IMG/VR virus record: IMGVR_UViG_3300025012_000046
Coordinates: 35,506-99,505 of that record
Direction: 5' to 3' (one strand)
From: a virus
DNA length: 64,000 bases
Part shown: positions 1-9,445 of the stretch, in pieces
Layout: every line of letters begins with the position of its first letter
How positions within the stretch are numbered: the stretch's first letter is position 1
Position numbers and translations under genes: made by a program
Notes under the pieces: generated by a model
Seen by the model: the letters and a program-made list of their open reading frames with translations, nothing else
What the model was told of the DNA's origin: nothing
Databases searched by the model: none

Positions 1-1
1 T

Positions 2-640
2 GGGAAGCGCGTACAATTTTTAAGTTTATTTGGCGGAGGTGCTGAAACGCTTGCTAAAGGCGTTAATATCGAAAACAGAAACCGTGTAGACGAGAATGGT
101 AACAAGCTTAATGACGACCTGACCGAAGAACAAGCGCAGCAGATTCTTGATAACTACTTTGAAAAGTATAGTGGTGTAAAACAATGTATAGATGATACCA
201 CAAAGTTTATTGAAAAGAACGGTTACTCTGTATCTATCTTTGGTAGAAAAAGGAGAATACCAGAAGTAAATGCTGAAGATAAAGGAGCTAAAGCTAGAGC
301 AATTAGACAGGGAGTGAATAGCATTTTTCAGTCTCCAGCAAGTGACAGCTTACTTTTAGCTTTGTATGATTTTCAAATATGGATAGAGGAAAATGAATAT
401 GACTTTAAACAGCTAGGTCCGTGCCACGATGCGGGTTATGGCGAAACCACTGAAGAACTTAAAGTAGAGGCTAGTGAACTACTTTTAAAGTATTTACAAA
501 CGCCACCAATACCAGTTAATATTCCTATAATAGCAGAATGTGAAGGTGGAATTTCTTGGGCCGATTTTAGTGATGATTTTGGTAATGAACTTTTAAAGGA
601 AGAAGAGGACGAAGACGAATTAGATGATGAAGCAGCATAA
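2..640 (+). CDS. polA: Family A DNA polymerase, C-terminal part (5'-truncated by window)
   Basis: Frame +2 is open from base 2: motif B GKRVQFLSLFGGG, then GYSVSIFGRKRRIP, RQGVNSIFQSPASD, motif C CHDA, and an acidic tail. Confidence 0.92.
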   Translation, partial: GKRVQFLSLFGGGAETLAKGVNIENRNRVDENGNKLNDDLTEEQAQQILDNYFEKYSGVKQCIDDTTKFIEKNGYSVSIFGRKRRIPEVNAEDKGAKARAIRQGVNSIFQSPASDSLLLALYDFQIWIEENEYDFKQLGPCHDAGYGETTEELKVEASELLLKYLQTPPIPVNIPIIAECEGGISWADFSDDFGNELLKEEEDEDELDDEAA

Positions 641-1172
641 AGATGGTTATTTTAATTGGATAGAGTATGAAGACCACGCCGAATTTGTAGTGTACAAAAA
701 CGAAGTTAAGTATTTTATTATAGTGGACCTTGAAGATGTGCCTAAAATAATTAACAACATAAACTCTTGGTATTTGTGTAAGCAAATAGGAGAGGTTCCT
801 AGAGTAGCAGTTAGATATGGAGAGCACGGCAAGGTTAAGCGGGATTATCTGCATAGGTTTTTAATTAAGGCACCTAAAGAGCTTATAGTGGACCACAAAG
901 ATAATAACCCACTAAATAATCGTAAACTTAATTTGAGATTAGCTGACATGTCTAATAATATGTTAAACAGGCGCGGGGCTGCTAGACAAAGCAAAACCCA
1001 GGTGAGAGGTGTATATTATGATAAGTGTAGAGATAAGTATGTGGCTGCTTTACAGGTAAATGGTGAGGTAGTATTTAGGAAACGTTTTGACACAATATCT
1101 GAAGCAATAGAAGCAGTTAAACAAGCTAGAGCTAAGTACGCGCCTTTCAGTAAAGAAGCTAGTGAGGACTAG
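624..1172 (+). CDS. HNH homing endonuclease with C-terminal AP2-like DNA-binding domain
   Basis: YLHRFLI..IVDHKDNNPLNNRKLNLR HNH motif; RGVYYDKCRDKYVAAL AP2-like motif. Confidence 0.9.
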   Translation: MMKQHKDGYFNWIEYEDHAEFVVYKNEVKYFIIVDLEDVPKIINNINSWYLCKQIGEVPRVAVRYGEHGKVKRDYLHRFLIKAPKELIVDHKDNNPLNNRKLNLRLADMSNNMLNRRGAARQSKTQVRGVYYDKCRDKYVAALQVNGEVVFRKRFDTISEAIEAVKQARAKYAPFSKEASED

Positions 1173-1177
1173 GCAGC

Positions 1178-1432
1178 ATGATAACAAATAAAGAAAACAT
1201 CAACACCATCTTCGACGAAAAGTTCCGCCCAACCAAATTTGAAGCAAACCAAGACGGAGACTGCTGTACACTAGACGCATTAAATTCAATCCACCTATCA
1301 GTAGAATCAGGAGGAGCCGGTGACGTTCTTATTGCTGCTTTGCTAGGGATTCTAGGCCCACTAAGTTTTATCTTAGGTTGGTCACTACATAGTGATAAAG
1401 CAAAACAACCGCTAATAAAACGCAGAAAATAA
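1178..1432 (+). CDS. Hypothetical protein with C-terminal transmembrane segment
   Basis: ORF in tightly packed operon; hydrophobic VLIAALLGILGPLSFILGW. Confidence 0.55.
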   Translation: MITNKENINTIFDEKFRPTKFEANQDGDCCTLDALNSIHLSVESGGAGDVLIAALLGILGPLSFILGWSLHSDKAKQPLIKRRK

Positions 1433-1708
1433 ATGTCAACAATACTCTGCAAAGAAAATCAAAATCTAGCTATCACCACCTCTCTACTGATCATATCACT
1501 TACGAATATGAATGTAGACCCCGCATCATTTATGCTTGAGGTGGGAGAAGAGTTGAATGCTGAAGAGTTACTAGAGTATACTAACAGTATAAGTAAGGTA
1601 CTGCTTAAGGTGTACAATAAAGATAGTGACTCGTATAAGTACTTGTGGTTAGTGAATAAAACTTTAAGAGGATGGGCCGAAAGAGGCTATTCAGTGAGGA
1701 TAGTATAA
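1433..1708 (+). CDS. Hypothetical protein
   Basis: 91-aa ORF abutting both neighbours. Confidence 0.6.
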   Translation: MSTILCKENQNLAITTSLLIISLTNMNVDPASFMLEVGEELNAEELLEYTNSISKVLLKVYNKDSDSYKYLWLVNKTLRGWAERGYSVRIV

Positions 1709-1984
1709 ATGAAACCTGTAGTTTTTGAAGGGCACAACATTGTGTTAGGTGAAAGCCAACCTGAGTATTTAGATTTACCTGCTCTTAGGTGTGATGATGA
1801 TTGTGATACTGTGTGGTCGTGTTGGGAACTAGATAAAAACGATATTGAAGACCTAATTAAAACTAGAAAGCTTTGGGTTGGGCAATTAACGTTTGGCTAC
1901 CCGTTTCATCCTCAAATGGTAACAACGGTAATGCCAGCAGAAGTATCAGTGGCTGTTTATAAATCACGTAATGGAGGTATGTAA
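1709..1984 (+). CDS. Hypothetical phage protein
   Basis: 91-aa ORF; QPEYLDLPA..SCWEL pattern typical of small phage proteins. Confidence 0.7.
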   Translation: MKPVVFEGHNIVLGESQPEYLDLPALRCDDDCDTVWSCWELDKNDIEDLIKTRKLWVGQLTFGYPFHPQMVTTVMPAEVSVAVYKSRNGGM

Positions 1985-2142
1985 TGTCTGATTTGGTAAA
2001 AGTAAGCGCCACTTTGACTGCACTAGCTATGTGGTTAGTTACTAGTGCATTTTTAGTTTGCACCTTAATTGGTGCTCTTATTGTGATTGACGATTCTTGG
2101 TTAGAAATTGGAAGTAAATTGGCGCAGGATTTAAGGGGCTAA
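1984..2142 (+). CDS. Small membrane protein (52 aa, below ORF-track cutoff)
   Basis: MSDLVKVSATLTALAMWLVTSAFLVCTLIGALIVIDDSWLEIGSKLAQDLRG; GGAGG upstream; TAATG overlap with previous stop. Confidence 0.6.
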   Translation: MSDLVKVSATLTALAMWLVTSAFLVCTLIGALIVIDDSWLEIGSKLAQDLRG

Positions 2143-2144
2143 AA

Positions 2145-3470
2145 TTGAAGGAATTCAAAACGCTAGAGCTTATAGCAGCAACCCCAAGTAAAAATGACAA
2201 AATAAGATTGTTGAAAGAGAATGAGACACCTGATCTTAAGAAGCTGCTCAACTACACGTATGACCGATACAAAACTTATCGTGTAAACAAGGTAGACAAG
2301 CCTGAAACATACAATATTATCCAGCCTGAGATGGGAAATGAACTTTTCAATCTGCTAGACCTTTTGAGAGAACATAAGACAGGCTCTAATGATGCCAAGA
2401 AGCTTATCAAAAGCACAATGTCTAAGTGTACCGAAGCTGGAGCTAAATGGATTGAAAGAGTATTCAAGCGCAACCTAGACATAGGAATGGATGAGAAGTC
2501 TATAAACAAGGCTTTCCCTGATCTTATCCCTGTGTTTGACGTTCAGCTGGCCTTTCCTATTGACGAGCATTGGGATAGCATCGTATATCCAGTTATCCTT
2601 GATCCTAAGCTTGATGGTATGCGGGTTATCACCATAGTTAAGGATGATAAAGTTTCCTTCTTATCAAGAGAAGGTATGGAATTTATTAACATGCAGGCGT
2701 TTGCCGAAGAGGTTAAGTCTATACGTCCCGGTACAAACTTCGTGTTAGACGGCGAGATTTACGGTGGCAAACTAAACCCTAACTGCAAGAAAGCTGTAGA
2801 AAAAGTTAAGGCAAATAAGCCCTACAAGTTTACTCAAGCTTCGTCTATGGTAAAGGATAGTAAAACTACGCCGCAAGAGATGCGCAAGTACCTTGAGTAC
2901 ATCGTGTGGGATATTATAGAGCTTGACTACTTTGAATCACAAGGTAAACGCGGAACAAACGAAGAGTGTGGTGAGCGGAGACTTAAGCTTGCTGCTCTGT
3001 TTGAACGTATCGGTGAGCGTGAGTTCAAGAATGTGAAGTACCTTGAGAATGTTGTAGCTTTCTCTAGGGAAGAAATAATAACGTATCGTGACAAGTGTAT
3101 TGCTGAAGGCTTTGAAGGCTGTATGATCAAAGCTGTTGCTGGTAGTTATGATTTCAAGCGAAGTAAATCTGTGCTTAAGTTTAAGGAATTCCATACAGGT
3201 GACTTTAGGATTAAAGTCGCTATTGAAGGTACAGGTAAGTATGAAGGTATGCTTGGTGCAGTTAAGGTGGAAGCTCCAGGTGTTGACTCTGAGATTGGTA
3301 CTGGCTTCACAGATGACGAGAGGGCTGATCTTTGGGTAGAGTGGTTGGCTGGGAGGCTTACCGGGCAGATTATTGAAGCTCTGTATCAGGAAATTACTAG
3401 TGAAGGTGCTTTGCGTTTTAGTAGCTTCTTACGTATGCGTCCTGATAAGAGCGAACCTAGTCTTTACTAA
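2145..3470 (+). CDS. lig: ATP-dependent DNA ligase
   Basis: Motif I PKLDGMR, motif III VLDGEI, motif IV EGCMIK, motif V LKFK, OB fold ending LRFSSFLRMRPDK. Confidence 0.95.
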   Translation: MKEFKTLELIAATPSKNDKIRLLKENETPDLKKLLNYTYDRYKTYRVNKVDKPETYNIIQPEMGNELFNLLDLLREHKTGSNDAKKLIKSTMSKCTEAGAKWIERVFKRNLDIGMDEKSINKAFPDLIPVFDVQLAFPIDEHWDSIVYPVILDPKLDGMRVITIVKDDKVSFLSREGMEFINMQAFAEEVKSIRPGTNFVLDGEIYGGKLNPNCKKAVEKVKANKPYKFTQASSMVKDSKTTPQEMRKYLEYIVWDIIELDYFESQGKRGTNEECGERRLKLAALFERIGEREFKNVKYLENVVAFSREEIITYRDKCIAEGFEGCMIKAVAGSYDFKRSKSVLKFKEFHTGDFRIKVAIEGTGKYEGMLGAVKVEAPGVDSEIGTGFTDDERADLWVEWLAGRLTGQIIEALYQEITSEGALRFSSFLRMRPDKSEPSLY

Positions 3471-3529
3471 CACACTAATTGAACACTAACATTAGTTATG
3501 TTAATTTGCAAACTCATGTTAAAATTTGC

Positions 3530-3558
3530 TTGACAAAAGGTATGGCTTGTGTTATAAT
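3530..3558 (+). promoter_or_regulatory. Sigma70-type early promoter
   Basis: TTGACA-17 bp-TATAAT with extended -10 TG. Confidence 0.9.
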
Positions 3559-3601
3559 GCGGCATCTTTTGAAATTGAAATGTTAATTAGAGGTCTAACA
3601 A

Positions 3602-3739
3602 ATGATCGACTTTGAAAAAGAAGCAAGGGATTTCTGTAACAAAGGCCCAATTAGTGTTGAAACACTAGCTGAGTTGTTAGCTGCTACTTGGGACAAAGGG
3701 TATAACTACGCTGTACGATACTTTTACGAGAGGGACTAA
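3602..3739 (+). CDS. Small hypothetical protein (45 aa)
   Basis: MIDFEKEARDFCNKGPISVETLAELLAATWDKGYNYAVRYFYERD; AGAGG RBS; first ORF after the promoter. Confidence 0.65.
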   Translation: MIDFEKEARDFCNKGPISVETLAELLAATWDKGYNYAVRYFYERD

Positions 3740-3741
3740 AT

Positions 3742-4221
3742 TTGGCAAAGTTTAAAGTTGGAGATAAAGTGGTATTGGCTAGAATTCTAACAGGAGACGG
3801 TACTAGTTATAATATTGGCGACTCTGCATACATAACAGATGAATTTATTAATTATAACGGCGAACATACGTATATGATTAACGATGACGAAGAGTGGAGT
3901 GAAGACGAACTAGACCTCTACGTAGAAGAAAAAGAGCCAGAAGCAGTTAAAGTAGTAGACAGTAATTCTAAAGAAATTGAGGTAGGATTTGTGCCTAAAA
4001 CAAAATTTGACGAAGTAAACAAGGCTGAGCACTACAATCAAGGCAAGTATGAAGTTATCGACGTGCTTAAGGACTGGCTCACTAAAGAGGAATTTATAGG
4101 CTTCTGTCGTGGTAATACGTTGAAGTATGTTGCTAGGTATCAGAAAAAGGGTGGAGTTAAAGACCTACAGAAAGCTGAGTACTATAACAATAAGTTGATG
4201 GAAGCTTTGGGCGAGAAATAA
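3742..4221 (+). CDS. DUF3310 (T7 gp1.7-like nucleotide kinase) domain protein
   Basis: C-terminal VNKAEHYNQGKYEVID..GFCRGNTLKYVARYQKKGGVKDLQKAEYY. Confidence 0.85.
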   Translation: MAKFKVGDKVVLARILTGDGTSYNIGDSAYITDEFINYNGEHTYMINDDEEWSEDELDLYVEEKEPEAVKVVDSNSKEIEVGFVPKTKFDEVNKAEHYNQGKYEVIDVLKDWLTKEEFIGFCRGNTLKYVARYQKKGGVKDLQKAEYYNNKLMEALGEK

Positions 4222-4224
4222 CCT

Positions 4225-4881
4225 ATGGAAATAAACCTGCTACACGTAACACCTATGTCTGTGTTGGTAAAAGCAATACGCACCTGTTATGACTCACATG
4301 AAAGAAGTGATAGCGTTTGGTATACTGCTGACACTTTTGATCTTGGTCCTAAAGACAAAGCACTAATACAGCAAATTATAGACTCAGGTCACTTGTCAAC
4401 CCTTGAGCACGTCAACTTCACCTTCTATCTAAAGGGATTCTCAAGGGCAGTTCTTCAGCAACTTAGCAGGCATCGGATAACTACCCCTAGTGTTAAGTCA
4501 AGCCGGTACACGCTAAAAGAGCTTAAGAATGAGCCTCCGTTTTTGGATAAGTTTTTAAATCCTCTGACTGAAAGAGCTAGCAAATACTTGGTCTTCACAG
4601 GAGTAGAGGAAGTAGACATTTATTCGGTATGGGCGTTGGAGCACGTTAGACGCTGCGTTTCAAAAGGTATTCAGAATGATAAAGCAAAATACTGTATGCC
4701 AGATGCTTATAAAACTGACGCTACTTTAACACTGAACGTTAGGTCATTCCGAAACTTGCTTCAACTTAGAACGTCTGAAAAAGCTTTATGGGAATTTCAG
4801 GATTTGGCTCACGGTATGTTTAGTGTAGTACCTGAAGAATACAAATTTTTGATGGAAGATTGTGTGCATGGAAAACTTTAA
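4225..4881 (+). CDS. thyX: Flavin-dependent thymidylate synthase
   Basis: GHLSTLEH and signature RHRITTPSVKSSRY; NVRSFRNLLQLR..ALWEF. Confidence 0.95.
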   Translation: MEINLLHVTPMSVLVKAIRTCYDSHERSDSVWYTADTFDLGPKDKALIQQIIDSGHLSTLEHVNFTFYLKGFSRAVLQQLSRHRITTPSVKSSRYTLKELKNEPPFLDKFLNPLTERASKYLVFTGVEEVDIYSVWALEHVRRCVSKGIQNDKAKYCMPDAYKTDATLTLNVRSFRNLLQLRTSEKALWEFQDLAHGMFSVVPEEYKFLMEDCVHGKL

Positions 4882-5263
4882 CTGGTGTGGTGGTAAAATA
4901 ATAGTGTCAGACTTAGTTCCTAAAAAGTTAGTTCAAACTAAATTTCCACGCTCTAAGAAAAGGCGCATACGTGAAAAGTGGGCTAAGAGGTATACTAAAG
5001 AAGTGCCACAGGCTTTAGTTTTAAATTACGGTGATTGTATATTGCCACGCAGCATTTATAACGAGATGCAGCGTTATTGGGATAATAGGTATAAAGATTG
5101 CCTTGAGGTAGGCAACACAGTAACTGTTAGCGCAAATGAAAAGTACAGTGACACTGTTACAACAGACACGATTAAAAATGTAATGGAAATGATGAAATCT
5201 ATTGAGGTTAAAACGCCAGATACTTTGTTTAGTTGGCGTAGAATGGACGATATAATTGGCTAG
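4868..5263 (+). CDS. Hypothetical protein
   Basis: ORF with basic FPRSKKRRIREKWAKR motif. Confidence 0.6.
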   Translation: MENFNWCGGKIIVSDLVPKKLVQTKFPRSKKRRIREKWAKRYTKEVPQALVLNYGDCILPRSIYNEMQRYWDNRYKDCLEVGNTVTVSANEKYSDTVTTDTIKNVMEMMKSIEVKTPDTLFSWRRMDDIIG

Positions 5264-6227
5264 AATACTTTTAATAGATACACTCAACTCAATGTACTGC
5301 CTTTATCACAGAAAAGAAGTTAAGCCTGCTTACAACTTTATCTGTGCTGTTAGGAAGATGATAGAGGACTATTCAGTTGACAAGGTAGTTCTAAGTACAG
5401 ACTGGGGTAAGTCTGTTTATCGTGCTAAACTTCATCCTGAGTATAAAGCACCTAGAGAAGAAAAACGTAAGCAATTAACTACAACAGAAAAGGCTCAGCT
5501 TGCCAAGTTCTACAAAGAAGTAGAAAGATTAATGGAACTTGGGCCTCTGTTTGGGATGGAAACAATAAAAGGCTTTGGTGTAGAGAGCGACGATTTCATA
5601 AGTGCCATCGTAAATAACGCTGACCTATCCCAACATGAAATTATGGTTCTGTCTACTGACACAGACCTTCATCAGCTTATCAGGAAAGGTGTGATTCAAA
5701 GGTCTTACGCTAGCAAGATGAAGTTTGGAAATGACTATCTTCCAACTAATGTTTGGGTCAATAGAAAGCGCTACGTAGACATGTACGGAATTGAGCCATG
5801 GCAATATGCTCATGTTAAAAGTCTGACTGGCGATACTTCTGATAACGTTCACGGTGTGCCTGGACTTGGTAATGTTAACGCCTTGAAATTGATACAGAAG
5901 TATGGGACGTTAGAAGGAGTGCAGCAGAACATAGGCAATATACTTGACGAGATTCCTAAGTTCCCAAAGAAAGTAATACCTGAGCTAGAATCTAATTTTG
6001 CTGTGGTTGAAAAAGCATTTAAACTGATCAATCTGAATCATGAATCAGAAGCTTATCACGAAATATTTTCTATTGAGGATCAGAATAATATAACTAGAGT
6101 GTTAAACTCGTTTGACAAGTCAAACCAAGTTGATGAAGAAAAAGTAAAAGACTTCTTGTACGAAGTTGGTGCTGTAAATCGCGTAGTGGAATTTGAGAGC
6201 TTTATTAGACCGTTTTGGGGCAACTAA
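5256..6227 (+). CDS. 5'-3' exonuclease / flap endonuclease (T5 D15-like)
   Basis: LLIDTLN, YRAKLHPEYKAPR, GVESDD, STDTDLHQL, LTGDTSDNVHGVPGLG helix-hairpin-helix. Confidence 0.93.
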   Translation: MARILLIDTLNSMYCLYHRKEVKPAYNFICAVRKMIEDYSVDKVVLSTDWGKSVYRAKLHPEYKAPREEKRKQLTTTEKAQLAKFYKEVERLMELGPLFGMETIKGFGVESDDFISAIVNNADLSQHEIMVLSTDTDLHQLIRKGVIQRSYASKMKFGNDYLPTNVWVNRKRYVDMYGIEPWQYAHVKSLTGDTSDNVHGVPGLGNVNALKLIQKYGTLEGVQQNIGNILDEIPKFPKKVIPELESNFAVVEKAFKLINLNHESEAYHEIFSIEDQNNITRVLNSFDKSNQVDEEKVKDFLYEVGAVNRVVEFESFIRPFWGN

Positions 6228-6257
6228 ATTTTAAATAACAAGTAAGTTATATTTTGC

Positions 6258-6286
6258 TTGACAAACTATAATCTTTGTGTTATAAT
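6258..6286 (+). promoter_or_regulatory. Sigma70-type early promoter
   Basis: TTGACA-17 bp-TATAAT; shares TGTGTTATAATGC with the promoters at 3530 and 14470. Confidence 0.9.
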
Positions 6287-6318
6287 GCGCCATCTTTAAT
6301 TGAATTGAGGTCACAAAA

Positions 6319-6546
6319 ATGAATGAAGAAGTAACAGGTAGACTTGAAAATTGGTATGTAGCTAACGGGGTGGTGTGGGGCAACTTGCACGACGATGTTC
6401 GTAAGCGGTGGGACGACGGAGAACACATACGCACATCAACGGTACAAGGCTCTACCACAAATCTGAAAGAAGGTGAGGTGGTTAAAACTCGTAATTCACT
6501 TTATTTGTTGGGCAAGAAAGCAGGACTAAAATCTAAAGAAGTATAA
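6319..6546 (+). CDS. Hypothetical phage protein
   Basis: GAGG RBS; WDDGEHIRTS..VKTRNSLYLL. Confidence 0.75.
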   Translation: MNEEVTGRLENWYVANGVVWGNLHDDVRKRWDDGEHIRTSTVQGSTTNLKEGEVVKTRNSLYLLGKKAGLKSKEV

Positions 6547-6587
6547 TTTAACTGTAATCAAACTTAATCTTAGGAGACAATTTTACT

Positions 6588-7421
6588 ATGGCAAAAGAAA
6601 CACTTACACCTGAACAAGAATTTGAGAAACTGCTTGAAGGACTTACCGAAGAACAGAAGGCTGAGCTTAGAAGGATTTCAGGTGTAAACAACGTTGGCAA
6701 TTTTGACAAAATCCCAGTGTTTAAAGTTAACACTCAGGAAGACGAAGATAAGAAGGGCAAGTCTATTAAGAAAGGCAACTTCGTTATTGGGCAGTCTATG
6801 AATAACGACGAGCTTGAGGATGCAGGTACGGACTTGGGGAGCACTTGTGAAGGCGTAATTTTTGCTGCGCCCAAGCAATACTCTTACTACCACAAAGACG
6901 CTAAGAAGCGTTGTATCAGTAATCTGATCTTCGATAGCAACGACGTGGCTATCGGTAGTACTCTTGGCTTCAAATGTGCCGACAAAACTTGTCCTCGCCG
7001 CCAAGAAGGTATTGCTAAAGAAGAAAAATGTGGTCAACAGTTTGTGGTTTATTCTCAGGTTAACGGTGAGAAGGTGGTTTCTTATCACAAGAAATCAAAC
7101 TACATGCCGATGAACGACCACCTTAAGGCTCTCGGCAGTTACCCATACATGTACACAACCAAGTTCAAGACTGCCAAAGAAAAGAACGGAAACGTTACGT
7201 ACTACGTTATTGTTCCCGAAAAAGGTAATCCGGTTCCTAGTATCGAAATGAAACAGAACCTTGACCTTGCTATGGAAACATGTAAGGGCATCAAAGCTTT
7301 TGAGCAGCAGAGAGAAACAAAGAACAAACAGCTTGCACACAAGCCTTCACAATCTACTGAAGGTCTTGGTTTTGAAGAAACTAAAACGCAAACCAAAGAA
7401 GGCGAACTGGTTTTTGAGTAA
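6588..7421 (+). CDS. Probable ssDNA-binding/recombination protein (T5 D11-like position)
   Basis: AGGAG RBS, Cys cluster, acidic-aromatic C-terminus (EGELVFE), own terminator, upstream of the SbcD/SbcC-like genes; function inferred from synteny. Confidence 0.5.
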   Translation: MAKETLTPEQEFEKLLEGLTEEQKAELRRISGVNNVGNFDKIPVFKVNTQEDEDKKGKSIKKGNFVIGQSMNNDELEDAGTDLGSTCEGVIFAAPKQYSYYHKDAKKRCISNLIFDSNDVAIGSTLGFKCADKTCPRRQEGIAKEEKCGQQFVVYSQVNGEKVVSYHKKSNYMPMNDHLKALGSYPYMYTTKFKTAKEKNGNVTYYVIVPEKGNPVPSIEMKQNLDLAMETCKGIKAFEQQRETKNKQLAHKPSQSTEGLGFEETKTQTKEGELVFE

Positions 7422-7427
7422 ATAATC

Positions 7428-7458
7428 AGGGAGGGTGTAAAAGCCCTCCCTTCTTTAT
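7428..7458 (+). terminator. Intrinsic terminator
   Basis: AGGGAGGG / CCCTCCCT stem followed by TCTTTAT. Confidence 0.8.
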
Positions 7459-7471
7459 CTGGAGGTAAAAA

Positions 7472-7660
7472 TTGAACATACTAGAAGTTATATTTGTAGG
7501 CAGTATTTTATCTGCACTTCTGTCTACACTTAGTTATTTCAAACTAGTGGCTTTGCCAGCTTGGTTTATATGGTCGCCAACCTTTATTATAACACTGCTA
7601 GGTATTTCATTATATTTGTTAGGAATAACCGTAGATATTAACTTAATACATACAAAATAA
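7472..7660 (+). CDS. Small two-TM membrane protein
   Basis: GGAGG RBS; hydrophobic; LPAWFIWSP motif. Confidence 0.65.
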   Translation: MNILEVIFVGSILSALLSTLSYFKLVALPAWFIWSPTFIITLLGISLYLLGITVDINLIHTK

Positions 7661-7672
7661 GCAGGAGATTAA

Positions 7673-7867
7673 ATGTCAAAATCAACCAATAGCAGTGGTA
7701 TAGGTTTTACCGGGCTTCTCACTATAGTATTCATTACACTTAAACTGCTAGGCTATATTAGTTGGTCATGGTGGTGGGTACTAAGTCCAATTTGGATTCC
7801 AGCAATTGTAGGTATTGTCCTGCTTGCGTTAGCTGGCGTAATATTTTATTACGCGGAGAAGAAATGA
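7673..7867 (+). CDS. Small two-TM membrane protein
   Basis: LLTIVFITLKLLGYISWSWWWVLSPIWIP, a common phage membrane-protein pattern; resembles the upstream neighbour. Confidence 0.75.
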   Translation: MSKSTNSSGIGFTGLLTIVFITLKLLGYISWSWWWVLSPIWIPAIVGIVLLALAGVIFYYAEKK

Positions 7868-8208
7868 ACCTTTACAGAGAAGCAAAGAAACTAAACCCAC
7901 TGCACACTCTCACTTCTGGTGACATTAAGAACTCAGATAGTGCGCTGCTTACAGAAGAAGTTGAAATGGAGCTTATTGGGCACTTCAAGCAGCCTAAAGG
8001 TTGGCAGAAGGTAAATAGTAAGTGGACTAAAAAAGAAAAGACAGATAAACGCGCAGATGTACTTTATAGTGAAACAGTAAAGACACTTAGCCAGCCTGAT
8101 ATTAACTGTCCTGTTTGTGGTGGTAGAGGGCACAAAGGTTATCTGACACGAAGCAACAAAGGGCAAGACACTAGCGGGTTTATCCTTTGTAAATGTGTGC
8201 TTAAATAA
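7864..8208 (+). CDS. Hypothetical Zn-finger protein
   Basis: ATGA overlap at 7864 is the likely start; CPVCGGRG..CKC. Confidence 0.6.
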   Translation: MNLYREAKKLNPLHTLTSGDIKNSDSALLTEEVEMELIGHFKQPKGWQKVNSKWTKKEKTDKRADVLYSETVKTLSQPDINCPVCGGRGHKGYLTRSNKGQDTSGFILCKCVLK

Positions 8209-9234
8209 ATGCAAAAATTTGTTACTTTCGGTGACGTTCACCTAAAGATCAATCGTGACGCGCCTGTTGAGTGGTCTTTTAAGCGATACAGAGCTTTATT
8301 TAAAGAGATAATTGATCGGTGCCTTAAAGAAGAAGCTACGCTTATAATCACAGGTGACTTATGTGACTCTGCTAGGCCCACTTTATCTGAATTGAAGTTG
8401 TTATTTGAGTTCTTCCATGCTTTAAAAGACAACAAAATAAACACAATACTCATATCAGGAAATCATGAAGAAGTTAACGACAAGCTAACGCTTTATAATT
8501 ACCTGCACCTGGAGAAGTTTGGTAATAAAGATGGGGCTTCTTATATACACTACCAAGACTGGAACAGCGGGTGGGTATTTGAAGACGCTAACGGAAAGCC
8601 TGAATGCTCTATATACCCAGTGTCTCACCATGAAGTACATAATTACGATTACACTAGGGGCATAAAAGGAACAAGGCCTAGCATCCTAGTCTCACACATA
8701 AGAGCGGAAATACCTCCGTTCATTTCAGAAGAAGCTCCTATAAATGAGATAGCAAAGAACTTTGATGTTTGTATTTTTGGTGACATTCACGACGAGCTTG
8801 AGTTTGATAACGTATACTACACTAATAATCCTTTAAATTGTTGTTATGAGGTCACACCTAACTGCGGTTACACAATACTTACCGTGGATAAAGGCAAATT
8901 TAACATTCAGCGTGTTAAAACTGATCTACCTAATCTGGTTAAAATCAACACGCAAGCAGAAGCATTCGAAAATGAAGTACTTAAGCTTGACCCCAAACAC
9001 TTCTATAAAATCGAAGTAGAGGGCTTAGCCGCTGAATTAAAAGCGATACCTAAGTCTGGTATCAATTTCAAAACTGAAAAACAAATCATAGAAGAGATTC
9101 AGACTGAAGAGGCGTACCACATACCAGTAAGCGACATTAAGCACGAAACTCTTGAAGAAGAGCTTATTTGGTATATGCAGCAACTAGAAATGAACGACAA
9201 AGACATACAAGGAATGATGGATGAATTTGTTTAA
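8209..9234 (+). CDS. Mre11/SbcD-like recombination nuclease subunit
   Basis: GDVH, GDLCD, GNHE, GDIH metallophosphoesterase motifs; adjacent to an SMC ATPase. Confidence 0.9.
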   Translation: MQKFVTFGDVHLKINRDAPVEWSFKRYRALFKEIIDRCLKEEATLIITGDLCDSARPTLSELKLLFEFFHALKDNKINTILISGNHEEVNDKLTLYNYLHLEKFGNKDGASYIHYQDWNSGWVFEDANGKPECSIYPVSHHEVHNYDYTRGIKGTRPSILVSHIRAEIPPFISEEAPINEIAKNFDVCIFGDIHDELEFDNVYYTNNPLNCCYEVTPNCGYTILTVDKGKFNIQRVKTDLPNLVKINTQAEAFENEVLKLDPKHFYKIEVEGLAAELKAIPKSGINFKTEKQIIEEIQTEEAYHIPVSDIKHETLEEELIWYMQQLEMNDKDIQGMMDEFV

Positions 9235-9445
9235 ATTTAGAGCAATAAACGACGCAAAAGATCGCACGTATGGTGTAGCCGTAAGGATATTGGGGTTAGA
9301 CTTCGCAGTTATATTTAACGGGTTCCTTGATATGTGGTATTTGTTTTATGTAAAAGCATTTGGCCAAGGCATCAGTGGGCTGTACCTACAAGTACTTGGG
9401 CTTGTGATAGTTATCGGCGCGAAAGCTGACATTCTGTATGAATAA
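9221..9445 (+). CDS. Hypothetical hydrophobic protein
   Basis: ORF overlapping both neighbours. Confidence 0.5.
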   Translation: MNLFKFRAINDAKDRTYGVAVRILGLDFAVIFNGFLDMWYLFYVKAFGQGISGLYLQVLGLVIVIGAKADILYE

